Shown: piece by piece, positions 56,801 through 64,000 of the stretch
Numbering within the stretch: position 1 is the stretch's first letter
Layout of the letters: every line of letters begins with the position of its first letter
Origin: a virus
Strand: one strand, 5' to 3'
DNA length: 64,000 bases
IMG/VR virus record: IMGVR_UViG_3300021964_000022
Location: 1 to 64,000 of that record
Translations under genes and position numbers: made by a program
The notes under the pieces: model-generated
What the model was told of the DNA's origin: nothing
The model's database searches: none
What the model saw: the letters and a program-made list of their open reading frames with translations, nothing else

Positions 56801-57619
56801 TTGAGCAACGTTGTTACCTGTTTGCGGAGTTACTGTATTACCTTGAATAATTTCTAAACCAATTGTTTTAAGATGTGCTATTGCCGCAAGCATTGCTGTT
56901 TGGTATTCTTCTCTACCAACTTCACTGTATGTTACCATACCTTTTGCCGCGTCCCAACTTGCCGCAGTTCCGCCATATATAATATCGTAAGTAGCGGCCA
57001 TTGTTAAAATTTTAATATCGTTTTCAAATAAATCTTGATCGTAACCTAGTGTAGGATAGTTAACATTTACATATGCACTGACATCGTTTACAATAAAGTT
57101 TAAGTTAGCGTTAAGCTGATTTTTTGCTGATACATTGTCAACGTTTGCACTAGTTGGATCTGTCCATGTAACTGTATCTGCACTTAGATAACCGTTTTGT
57201 GCAACGTCAATTACTTCATTCCATGCCGCGTTTAATCTTGCTACGGCTGTTGCATCTGCTTTTACACCACTTAGGTCAGCAAATCTTGCTTTAGCATTAA
57301 CAAGAGTATTGACAACAGTATTACTAATGTCGATAGAATATTGCTCCATAGTACCTTGGAATATTGCATTATAATTTGTTCCGAACGCCATATCATATTG
57401 TGTAGCGTCTGTAATGTATCCTAAGTCTCTAATACACTTTGCTCGATTAAATAAGAAGTCTGTGTTTCCGTTATCAACTTGTGCTTGTATCCAAGCCGCT
57501 ACCTCTTTCTTTAAAAAGTTGTAGTTTTGATTAATTAAACTCCAAGCATTTGGATAAGCATTGTCGTCTATCCCTAGTCCAGGTCTAAACACATAATTTT
57601 CTATCTTTTTCTTTGCCAT
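50852..57619 (-). CDS. Very large virion structural / tail-fibre-like protein (2255 aa)
   Basis: Gly/Thr/Ser-rich; five repeats of Y..G..I...G...GG..P.ND..I.V; N-terminal KCxRD helical repeats; RYQSGKG and YSWYGAG blocks typical of aquatic myovirus structural proteins. Confidence 0.75.
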   Translation of the reverse strand: MAKKKIENYVFRPGLGIDDNAYPNAWSLINQNYNFLKKEVAAWIQAQVDNGNTDFLFNRAKCIRDLGYITDATQYDMAFGTNYNAIFQGTMEQYSIDISNTVVNTLVNAKARFADLSGVKADATAVARLNAAWNEVIDVAQNGYLSADTVTWTDPTSANVDNVSAKNQLNANLNFIVNDVSAYVNVNYPTLGYDQDLFENDIKILTMAATYDIIYGGTAASWDAAKGMVTYSEVGREEYQTAMLAAIAHLKTIGLEIIQGNTVTPQTGNNVAQDEDGGSDIVTIGNINWNTLIQYTANEITTAGSIDSITRTTPSIGWVSASLTTAYNAIDSNQTTIISEVTPEAAYSYNQEKCERDTGFNLTAWLHDLRYNGNEETYRIASTYWEGSVAQVDGDRLPEIRAKEFTRNLINNNILTNTAQATPYQSEIAQTIDVSKTAEGNGATRISTLSGIVIDVITNGLSSLPTLENKGLGHIRFEGNYDLSDILLITNSTRNEIIYNFSDPAKGATLALKTDDIPRDSSGYTLKYDFTSANRDADDDFKKYLQMTDGVVTLNLKYNTSAHETTDDVQIYVETPEIRTRPYDFGTDAIERMRIAPPLSMLDADFEYGLQPTKWSAIGTQRGYPSIYEIPGTDTEVQSVVTDASAGTDGIGASLITVTTQGSHGFTPGTPITIKALEDSVVGASRAEGSFVITTVPTNNTFTFFAKAKVGTTNGDVLSTTYTQLRKGDFYTGAAVGNPAVTVVSNGTAGTMTLSLAAQTGENRLAFTGDVPEIGAPIVYADIPEGAQVTGVSSTPNGNALVPITTAPISIGDTTFDVSSTTGIVVGLAANNGTGDGIFVTDVTGNTVTMSGEFTAALTQSQQTYTAVSGTTTAAAGINAEFTVSKAGAVYSVDSIDQAGSGYVTGDQILVSGANTGGTTPANDATITVSTVDGSGGITAVTISGTALDGAITYNNPTTTYTNAGGSTLPQIDITYADGAYATVTLNSPNGSAGYAVNDRIRVLGSSILPGTGVDGNQSAGGNDLVFKVTSVDGSGNITGTAIDTGDWSIGTPPPEDRSYNFNSSELSYTGGSGSGFEFGVTASSGIYSVNISAAGTGYTTADTITCSGADLGGTAPTNNLVLRINDVGASGEVIGFRIEGADVSSQATAADSGGFFGKSGSDLAGSGATFDIENDGAAYTVTIATAGTDYHLGQTFVIEGSQLGGSTPANDITITVTTAGNLGEVEAISSVGTPSTLASVFTGVSGTNVANNGSGASLDITRTGSAYASVAVNVTGGTNYRVGNTITILGTDLGGASPANDAVVTVTGVSTGAISTGSVTGTSIAGDSLSLVNSVTMSEFTTAPITAAEEIPFEALATLEATFTNAHGVVPGATFIVTVSSDDGEGGGTNNHSLASGAFIATQVPTVNTIRYPARAPGAITTTGNDSILANIYLRPDSFFIHRPYDGGVQLGTGGPQHGAQAIRQSKKYIRYQSGKGIMYTTGALFAPSYDIASVTSNGTEVGSTITVTCDDNDHGMQVGGKVRLIGVETEGYNGNYTVTQVVNERTFKVLGVRRLGSIEATLGFAAQVAVTGWHGATVRSGIFDDQNGIYWEYDGSNITVAQRTSTKQIAGTIAIAPDANLITGTGTKFRDQLKAGDRIVIRGMTHVVSHVNSQTQCTVTPDYRGVNAVLAAKVCLVTDKKVKQDEFNLDRLDGTGPSGYKIDIAYMQMIGIQYSWYGAGFIDWMLRGADGNFVFAHRMRNSNVNTEAFMRSGNLPVRYEVTNEGPPGKLSENMSDNTAYVPLDDARFFPTSGTVYIDNELIAFSSVDYAQNRLTGLTRAVSMFNFQAGAQRQYTAGPATTHDKKTGVVLVSNTITPLISHWGSAFITDGNFDDDRGYIFSYTETGLAISTTRQTAFLLRLAPSVSNAIVGDLGDRELLNRAQLLMQSMEITSDGEDGSGNSILGGIVVEGILNPQNYPLNPADVGWQGLSGLAQGGQPSFAQVASGGSVVWSSGDTSTTATATIIPRTQVNAQMNTFQSNRRRNYAYFYPSFLDKNLVVGSEVDDSKFANGTTITQITNQGSYVFVRFSTTSTSNLVDNQNITFAFGGDSDNRNFALFTEASWTASGAKSGTELNDPPTDQGDIAFPASTYVSGVEGPLLFGDPDVPGEFVNYYRVSFNNAATGTVSPGDAFNFVFRQPPYAQPGETVFSFIATPGERSDLDLGQLKELTNTTLGGRGTFPNGPDVLAVNVYKTSGAAVNANIIIKWGEAQA

Positions 57620-57625
57620 TCTTTT

Positions 57626-58186
57626 TTATACTCCAAGTGCTATTGATAAAGCTATAGCTTGACTGTCTACGTAACTTTTAGTAGTTACGTGATTGTTTAT
57701 TGTAGGTGCTACTGAAACTGAAGGAACGTTAGTAAATGTAATTCCTCCATTAAAAGTTGCTCCGTCTGCATTTAATACTGCCGCTGTACTGTCGCCTGCT
57801 GGAACAATATCAAGTTCATAAAACTTTGCTTGTCCAGGCGTAGTCTGACCAATATCCATATTATCTATAGATCCAGTATTTGTACTTGCTACAGTAACTA
57901 TACCGTTAGCAACACTTAAATTTGATACACTACTTTGTGTAACATTAAAGGATGTGTTTACAGATAAGTCTGCAATATTTTCAAAAGGATTAACAGCTTC
58001 GCCGCCACCGCCGCCATCATCATCGCCGCCATCGTCAACGGCTCCAACAAAAGGAACACCGTTTAGCAAAATTTGTTTGACGTTTAGTATTTCACTAGTA
58101 AGTCTTCCGTTAATGTCAACAGTAAACTTAGGACTTTCAAATCCTTGTTCTGACTTAAACTTTTTTGTATTTACTACTGCCGCCAT
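57626..58186 (-). CDS. Probable virion structural protein
   Basis: 186 aa; HVTTKSYVD fibre-type motif; between structural genes. Confidence 0.55.
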   Translation of the reverse strand: MAAVVNTKKFKSEQGFESPKFTVDINGRLTSEILNVKQILLNGVPFVGAVDDGGDDDGGGGGEAVNPFENIADLSVNTSFNVTQSSVSNLSVANGIVTVASTNTGSIDNMDIGQTTPGQAKFYELDIVPAGDSTAAVLNADGATFNGGITFTNVPSVSVAPTINNHVTTKSYVDSQAIALSIALGV

Positions 58187-58195
58187 TATCTATCC

Positions 58196-59692
58196 TTAAA
58201 TACTTGCTATGTCTTTGATCACAATATTTCCACGCATTGCTGAGTGTACTGTACACTGATAAGCATATGTTCCGGTTGTACTTGCTGGAATTTTCCAGTA
58301 AAGTGTGCCGTCTGTTTTTCCTTGTGCTGAACTTCCTGTAGTTATATTGCCACTACCGTCAACATGTACAAGTCCAGTATTGTATGCAATACCACCACTT
58401 GTTTCAATTTGGAATGGATGATTACCTAAAGAAGAATCATTCAAATCAAATGCAATAGTAGTTCCGCTTATTGCGTAAACACTAGGATCTTGATTTGCTC
58501 CGTATTGATCAAACAAGTAACCTGATGAGCCAGCCGCTGTAACTGTTAATCTAGTTATTGCAGGAAATGCTACTTGGTCAATTTTAATTTCGTTGTTATC
58601 TATTAAATTATCTGATCCGTCAAAATGTGCTAGTGCGCCTGTTGCAGGAGTTGTAATATTAGTATCACTTAGGCCAGCTAATGTTGGTGCCGCACCTGAA
58701 TACGCAATTTCAATTGTGTCTCCAGTAACAGTGGTTGTAATATTTGAGCCACCTTGTATTGTTAGTGTGTCAGTTGTTGTATCAGCTTCTGCAATACCGC
58801 TGTCACCTTGTACAAAACTAAATGCATTCTGGTTAGCTTCTCCGGAAAGTGCATCACCTGCATAGTTAATAGTAAGAGTATCTCCTACAACAGTTGTACT
58901 AATATTTGTACCGCCTGCTATAGTAAGTGAGTCTGTTGCACTATTTGCAGTTGTAGTTCCATTGTCGCCGTTAAATGTTTCGAATAAATTTTGTGTGCCG
59001 CCAGATGCTACTGTTGTAAAACTAAAGTTGCCTGCGCCATCTGTTTGTAATACTTGATTAGCTGTACCGTCAACAATTGATAAATCAGTTAACACTGCTG
59101 GAATAGTAGGCTTGTTTGAAAAGTTGTTCCAGTTTAAATAATATGAACCGTCTTGACCATCAAGTGTATCAGCGTCTGTTCCGCCTCCGCCAGTTGTTAC
59201 GTCAGTACCTGGTGCCCATTTTGCTCCATCCCATTTAAGAACTGCTCCAGTGAATGGCGTTACTGAAGTTGTGTCTACGTCTGTTAAAGAGTCAATGCCA
59301 CCATTATAAGCTACTGATGCTAATGGATCTGTATAGTTTGGAATTGCGCCGCCGCTTGTATCTAAAAGCAATTTTCTCCATTGATTACTATGTGCAACAA
59401 CAACATTACCTGTTTGGTGTACATGTAGTATTGCTCCATGATAATCTGCTGGATTAATTGCATTCAGTGCCGCTGTTGATTCACAAAGTAAACTTATTTT
59501 GTTAACTTTATTTGATACAGGAGGAACATCAAGTTCTAGAGTTGAATTGACCAAATCTTTTAAACTAGTTCCGTCACCTAGCGAATCGTATATTTCGTTT
59601 GTGTTTGCGTTTATTTTGGTAGCACCTGCTCTGATGTTATCTCCGGTTCCATCATTAGCGGCTGTACCTATATTAATTATGCTTTTTGCCAT
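58196..59692 (-). CDS. Baseplate wedge / fibre protein (gp9/gp10-like N-terminus) with C-terminal cupredoxin-like domain
   Basis: IINIGTAANDGTGDNIRAGATKINAN; LTDVD and VLKWDG..W fibre motifs; HPF...YQCTVHSAMRG. Confidence 0.78.
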   Translation of the reverse strand: MAKSIINIGTAANDGTGDNIRAGATKINANTNEIYDSLGDGTSLKDLVNSTLELDVPPVSNKVNKISLLCESTAALNAINPADYHGAILHVHQTGNVVVAHSNQWRKLLLDTSGGAIPNYTDPLASVAYNGGIDSLTDVDTTSVTPFTGAVLKWDGAKWAPGTDVTTGGGGTDADTLDGQDGSYYLNWNNFSNKPTIPAVLTDLSIVDGTANQVLQTDGAGNFSFTTVASGGTQNLFETFNGDNGTTTANSATDSLTIAGGTNISTTVVGDTLTINYAGDALSGEANQNAFSFVQGDSGIAEADTTTDTLTIQGGSNITTTVTGDTIEIAYSGAAPTLAGLSDTNITTPATGALAHFDGSDNLIDNNEIKIDQVAFPAITRLTVTAAGSSGYLFDQYGANQDPSVYAISGTTIAFDLNDSSLGNHPFQIETSGGIAYNTGLVHVDGSGNITTGSSAQGKTDGTLYWKIPASTTGTYAYQCTVHSAMRGNIVIKDIASI

Positions 59693-59695
59693 TTC

Positions 59696-60205
59696 TTATG
59701 TCCTATCAAATGTTACTGTTGAATTATCAAATGTTCCACCAGTCTCATCAAATGTATTTATGCTTCCTGAGTCAGTACTCACATCAGCAACGGCACTTGG
59801 TGATACCAGTTGATGTATAGTCTCTGCGTATGTAGCATGAAAGATTAACTTTGCCCCTGCGTAAATATTGCTTGCTGGATTAACAATAACTTTACATATA
59901 GTTTGATCTACTGTTACACTGATGTTAATTAAATCGTTTGTTAGTGAAGAACGTCCATAAACATTGTAACTTGCTAAGTCTGGTCTTGCAACAACTGAAA
60001 GTTGAAGTATTTCTTTATTATTACTATCAAACTCTACTGTTATTTGGTATATTGCACTACTTATTTGACCAACATGGAATTGATCCATGATAGTATTAGT
60101 GTGTACACCCAACCAGTTACCTCTATAAGAGAAGTTACTTCTCGAAGGAAGGCTTATGGATTCATTAACACCCTTTTTAAATAGATTTGTTACGGTCTTG
60201 TTCAT
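59696..60205 (-). CDS. Hypothetical virion-associated protein
   Basis: 169 aa; C-terminal TFD repeats; ATAAATA and AAGGAG upstream. Confidence 0.6.
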   Translation of the reverse strand: MNKTVTNLFKKGVNESISLPSRSNFSYRGNWLGVHTNTIMDQFHVGQISSAIYQITVEFDSNNKEILQLSVVARPDLASYNVYGRSSLTNDLINISVTVDQTICKVIVNPASNIYAGAKLIFHATYAETIHQLVSPSAVADVSTDSGSINTFDETGGTFDNSTVTFDRT

Positions 60206-60224
60206 ATGGAGCTCCTTACTGTAT

Positions 60225-60797
60225 TTATCCAGTAAGCGCCGTTAAGCTCTCTGCGAATTCATAAAGGTTTTCGTACACTTCAGTTTGTTTTTTAAGATCT
60301 TTGTTTGCAAAAGTGTTAAGTTTCTCTAGGGTTTCAAGGCCGTAACCTGTTTTAACAAGTACTGGCTTTGCTTTCGCCTTTACAGCCGCCTTTAAGTCCG
60401 ATATTTTATCTCCTACGTATAATCCGTTCTTCCAATTTACACCAATCTGTGTTTCAGCACGACGAAACATTCCTATATTAGGTTTAGCATATATGTCATC
60501 TTTTAAATTAGTTGTACTATAATACAATCCGTTAATACTGCTACAACCTACTTGTCCAAATAATCTTAGCATGTGTTCGTGAACTATATCAACATCCTCT
60601 GCCGTCATGTTTCCCTTAGTGATACCTGCTTGATTAGTCAATATTACTACATCGTAACCCTTATCCCTAATCATTTTAACTGCTTCTAAGCTACCTGGAA
60701 TAGGTTCAAATTGTTCTGGTTTTGTTACATACGTTCCGATATCTTTATTAATTGTTCCGTCTCTATCTAATCCAATTACTGGTGGTGTTTTAGTCAT
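60225..60797 (-). CDS. gmhB: D-glycero-D-manno-heptose-1,7-bisphosphate phosphatase (HAD IIIA)
   Basis: LDRDGTIN, TNQAGI, KPNIGM, VGDKISDL.AA, LVKTGYG. Confidence 0.88.
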   Translation of the reverse strand: MTKTPPVIGLDRDGTINKDIGTYVTKPEQFEPIPGSLEAVKMIRDKGYDVVILTNQAGITKGNMTAEDVDIVHEHMLRLFGQVGCSSINGLYYSTTNLKDDIYAKPNIGMFRRAETQIGVNWKNGLYVGDKISDLKAAVKAKAKPVLVKTGYGLETLEKLNTFANKDLKKQTEVYENLYEFAESLTALTG

Positions 60798-61665
60798 CTG
60801 ACCATCCTATCTTATCTGTGTTTAATTCTATCCATCCAAGTTTACTTAAAACTGGTAGGTAGTTCTCTGTTATTTTAGTTTGATAATGTTCTGCTAATTC
60901 TATTGCCTTTTCATTTAATTCAGTTTCACCTAGCAGAGGTAAAATATATTCTTCTAAGTATTTTAAATACTCAAACGGTAAAGGATGCATCTCGGCTCGA
61001 GCTTCTTCTAAAGTATCTCCCATATTTGCTAACGTCATTGGGCGACTGTCAACATATTTTTCCGGATCTTTAGGATTATATCCGTTCCAATCCATAATTG
61101 CAGGAGCATCAGAAGTTAAATAATTTTTATATTGATTAAGAACTCCGTTTACACTGCTCGGAGTAAGTGGCTCAGTGTAGTCGAGTTTACTATTTTTATC
61201 AGTTAAATTATTATAATGATCTGCATAAGCAAATTTTATATATTTACAACCTTTTTGTTTTAAAAATATTTCTATACTTGCAATCATAGCACAGTCTCTC
61301 ATTACACAATGTACTTGATCTGCCCATTGGTACTGATCTCTATAATCAAAATTATTTAATGTCATTGGTTCGTGTTTTAATTGGCCGTGATATAAATTTC
61401 CTGCATTATGCCAGCCCGTTCCTTCGATCCACCTATCATCTCGTAGCATACTTGTCCATTGTACTATAATGATATCGTCTTTTGTAAAATTATAAATCGA
61501 ATCTGCTTCAAATATTCTAGTAAAAATATATTGATTACCGGCACCTGACTTCCCCCAGTTCTCTGATTTTTCAAGTTTATCTCCAAAATGCCAAATTAAT
61601 AAGTCGGCCCATGTAGGATAAAAAAATTGTGTTAAACTACACCCGAAGGTAAAAAGTCTAGCCAT
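60790..61665 (-). CDS. Hypothetical protein, SGNH-hydrolase-like
   Basis: FGCSLT, GAGN, QWTS..R.D, HP near C-terminus. Confidence 0.55.
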   Translation of the reverse strand: MARLFTFGCSLTQFFYPTWADLLIWHFGDKLEKSENWGKSGAGNQYIFTRIFEADSIYNFTKDDIIIVQWTSMLRDDRWIEGTGWHNAGNLYHGQLKHEPMTLNNFDYRDQYQWADQVHCVMRDCAMIASIEIFLKQKGCKYIKFAYADHYNNLTDKNSKLDYTEPLTPSSVNGVLNQYKNYLTSDAPAIMDWNGYNPKDPEKYVDSRPMTLANMGDTLEEARAEMHPLPFEYLKYLEEYILPLLGETELNEKAIELAEHYQTKITENYLPVLSKLGWIELNTDKIGWSDD

Positions 61666-63130
61666 TTAAAAGCCTTACTAAACGTATAATTTCTTTGTGA
61701 GGTATTGTTCTATAGTTGCTTCGACTGTATTCTGAATCATTTACTACCCGTTGTGCAAGTTCTTTTTGGCTTTGTGGTAACATTTCATATTGTTCTTTAA
61801 TTTTTTCAATATTAAATAGTCCTAACCCGTGCATTACTAAAATATAATGCATCTTATCAAACAATTTGTAGTCACTTGTACTATCAAAGTCTCCGGTAGT
61901 TGGTAATCTATTTTTCCATTGCGTTAAATTTTCTTCTAGGTTAGGAGGAAGAGGAACATTTTTTTGGTCTTTCCAAAAATCACTGTCGTCTCTATCTGTA
62001 ATATAATGTAAAGCAATAAAATCTCTAATGTCATTGAGTATGCTTGTAACTTCTTTATTGTACTTGTTAACAGTAACTTCGTTATAGTTTAAAATTCTGT
62101 CAGTAAGTAAAAAACTTTGTTGAATGCTTGTTCCGATACTAGTTGCCTCGAGAGGTTCTACAAAACTTGCACTTAATCCAATGGCAACACAATTTTTAAT
62201 CCAAGGATTTTTAACTGCACCAGGATCAAAACTAATTTCTTTGCGGACATCAATACCTTCCCCAAGCATTTGCTCAACTTCACGTTGTGCTTCATCGGCA
62301 TTTATATAGTTACTGTCAAAAATATAACCGTTGCCTTTCCTTCCCCAGACAGGTATCCTAAACATCCAACCATATTTCATTGCTTGTGCCAATGTCCACA
62401 TAGGGTAAGTGTCTTCGTCTGGTGTTTGGAATACTATAGCCCGGTTCATTTTTAAATACTTGCTATAACTTTCCCACTCTGCACCTAACGTGTTTAATAA
62501 CATACGTTTGAACCCAGTACAGTCAATAAAAAAGTCTGCTTCGTATGTATTTTCTTTACTGCTTATACTTTTTATACCATTTTCATCAGTAACTACATCT
62601 TCTATTATATCATCTACAATCTTTATACCTATACTCTGTGCTTTTTCATGTAGGTATTCATTTAGCTTTGCGGTATTAAAATGGAATTGAGCAACAGGAA
62701 ACTCTGCAAGTATTTCTTCAACGTCATTTGTCCAAAAAATATTACCAGTCCAACTTTCATCTTCAACTAGATCCTTAGGAGCTCGACCATCGCCGATTAA
62801 TTTACCATAAAGTACAGGGTAATCATGTGCTAGTATATTATAGGCTCCTTCAACTGTTTGTAAATAGTCGTTCTTTGACCAGTCCTTAAACATTATGCCT
62901 GCTTTGAATGTTGCATCACTCTTTGTAAGCATCTCTGCTTTATTGAATCCCATATACTCCATAAATTCTTTCCAATGTTCAGTAGATCCTTCACCTACAC
63001 CTATTGTTCCTATTTTACTAGATTCAACAATTTGGATTGATATACTCGGATAGGCCTTTTTTAAAATAAGTGCGGCAACAAATCCAGCTGTCCCGCCTCC
63101 TACTACACATATATTTTTTGGTAATTTCAA
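61658..63130 (-). CDS. Flavin-dependent tryptophan halogenase family protein (PrnA-like)
   Basis: TTG start at 63130 with GGAG RBS; GGGTAG, IGVGEGS, TFKAGI, IDCTGF, GWMFRIP, FVEPLEATSI. Confidence 0.9.
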   Translation of the reverse strand: MKLPKNICVVGGGTAGFVAALILKKAYPSISIQIVESSKIGTIGVGEGSTEHWKEFMEYMGFNKAEMLTKSDATFKAGIMFKDWSKNDYLQTVEGAYNILAHDYPVLYGKLIGDGRAPKDLVEDESWTGNIFWTNDVEEILAEFPVAQFHFNTAKLNEYLHEKAQSIGIKIVDDIIEDVVTDENGIKSISSKENTYEADFFIDCTGFKRMLLNTLGAEWESYSKYLKMNRAIVFQTPDEDTYPMWTLAQAMKYGWMFRIPVWGRKGNGYIFDSNYINADEAQREVEQMLGEGIDVRKEISFDPGAVKNPWIKNCVAIGLSASFVEPLEATSIGTSIQQSFLLTDRILNYNEVTVNKYNKEVTSILNDIRDFIALHYITDRDDSDFWKDQKNVPLPPNLEENLTQWKNRLPTTGDFDSTSDYKLFDKMHYILVMHGLGLFNIEKIKEQYEMLPQSQKELAQRVVNDSEYSRSNYRTIPHKEIIRLVRLLNG

Positions 63131-63203
63131 GTTATTCTCCGTTGTGTAATATTTATTGGCCTCAGACCTAATAATTGTAGAGTCTGAATCTCGTAAATAC
63201 ATT

Positions 63204-63818
63204 ATGCACAATTTAACCATAGACAGTAGTCCAATAATAGAATGTAATGTTGACAAAATACAAGTACAGGATCATAGTGACATTAAAGATCAACTAATGC
63301 ACATTGTACACGACTTGTATAAGAGCAATGTCAACTATAACACAGCAAATCATAGCAGTGTTTGGTCAAGTCCTAACGGATTACAAAGTATACACAGTTT
63401 TAATCGTATTGCAAGCGGTCCTGAAATACAAACATATGCTAATCTTATGGTTGATCGATATAAAATTAAAAGTAATAGACAGATTGCTATTACAGACATG
63501 TGGATTACTATAATTCCGCCGGGAGGGATGACTGTTCCTAAGAATAGAATTAAAAGTTTAGTAACAGGTATCTATTTTCTTAATGCTCCGGCAGAGAATG
63601 CCAGTATAAATTTTAGAAAACCAATTGATACACACTGGTACGACAAAGTTTATGATCCTTTTAACCGTACTCACTATAATTGTCCTGAAGAATTATTACA
63701 AATGCAAGAAGGATATATGTACTTCTACCCTAGTTACATAGAATCTCATCAAACTACTAATGTGAGTGAGCACGAAAGGGTGTGTATTGAATTTATTTTA
63801 GATTCTGTAGACAAATGA
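63204..63818 (+). CDS. TIGR02466-like 2OG-Fe(II) oxygenase homolog lacking the Fe-binding histidines
   Basis: DMW.TI.PPGG...KNRIKSLVTGIYFL...YFYPSYIES...RVCI.F. Confidence 0.65.
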   Translation: MHNLTIDSSPIIECNVDKIQVQDHSDIKDQLMHIVHDLYKSNVNYNTANHSSVWSSPNGLQSIHSFNRIASGPEIQTYANLMVDRYKIKSNRQIAITDMWITIIPPGGMTVPKNRIKSLVTGIYFLNAPAENASINFRKPIDTHWYDKVYDPFNRTHYNCPEELLQMQEGYMYFYPSYIESHQTTNVSEHERVCIEFILDSVDK

Positions 63819-64000
63819 AACATATAGATAAATTATTTGACGATAATAATCAACATAAGTTTAGTTTTTTGCTATTAGCAAAGGATTTAGTTGATCACGA
63901 CACTATAATTTACTTAGAACATAAATTGAAAGACAAAATAAACGTAGTAAGTATCAAAAGTAGTAAATACAGTCACGATGAGCTACAGTATGCTATTAGT
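63815..64000 (+). CDS. Hypothetical protein, 5' portion (runs off the window)
   Basis: ATGA overlap with previous stop; 62 open codons MKHIDKLFDDNNQHKFSFLLLAKDLV... Confidence 0.55.
   Translation, partial: MKHIDKLFDDNNQHKFSFLLLAKDLVDHDTIIYLEHKLKDKINVVSIKSSKYSHDELQYAIS

Noticed and set aside
50852-59692. Diversity-generating retroelement or invertible tail-fibre cassette
   Set aside because: No reverse transcriptase, recombinase or near-identical template/variable repeat pair was seen in the window
1-64000. CRISPR array, tRNA or rRNA genes
   Set aside because: Intergenic gaps are short (about 130 nt at most); no spaced direct repeats or cloverleaf/T-loop signatures were seen by eye
1-64000. 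Stop-codon reassignment as in some large phages
   Set aside because: Core genes are full length in the standard code, and TAA, TAG and TGA all terminate genes at sensible positions

Overview
A 64-kb, AT-rich, densely coding segment of a large T4-like (myovirus-type) bacteriophage, probably aquatic, with a Gram-negative host; standard genetic code, mostly minus-strand genes. It contains: (i) a replication/recombination set (gp41/DnaB helicase, primase, clamp-loader small subunit, UvsW, UvsY, UvsX/RecA, gp32 SSB, dNMP kinase) plus a 187-aa miniature DnaE (Pol III alpha) catalytic core; (ii) a morphogenesis block (large terminase, gp4 head completion, tail tube, 1097-aa tail sheath, gp13/gp14/gp15 neck proteins, a 2255-aa fibre-like protein, a gp9/10-like protein ending in a cupredoxin-type motif, acidic probable internal head proteins); (iii) an extensive glycan programme: CMP-Kdo synthesis (kdsA, kdsB), ADP-heptose synthesis (hldE, hldD, gmhB), four KpsC/KpsS-like GT-B proteins, three GT-A proteins, a pyruvyltransferase-like gene, two FkbM methyltransferases and several cupins, much of it behind T4-type late promoters or embedded among virion genes; (iv) auxiliary genes (nitrilase-family hydrolase, half-length carbamoyltransferase, peptide deformylase, YhhQ preQ0/preQ1 transporter, tryptophan halogenase, six 2OG-Fe(II)-oxygenase-like genes). 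Non-coding signals: consensus sigma70 promoters with a shared AACAC-TTGAC motif, TAAATA late promoters repeatedly 4-5 nt from the ATG (leaderless architecture), UNCG terminators, a 70-nt structured element before uvsX and a repeat/hairpin leader before gp32. No tRNA, rRNA, CRISPR array or mobile element was recognised. All product calls come from motif recognition by eye; no database searches were run.
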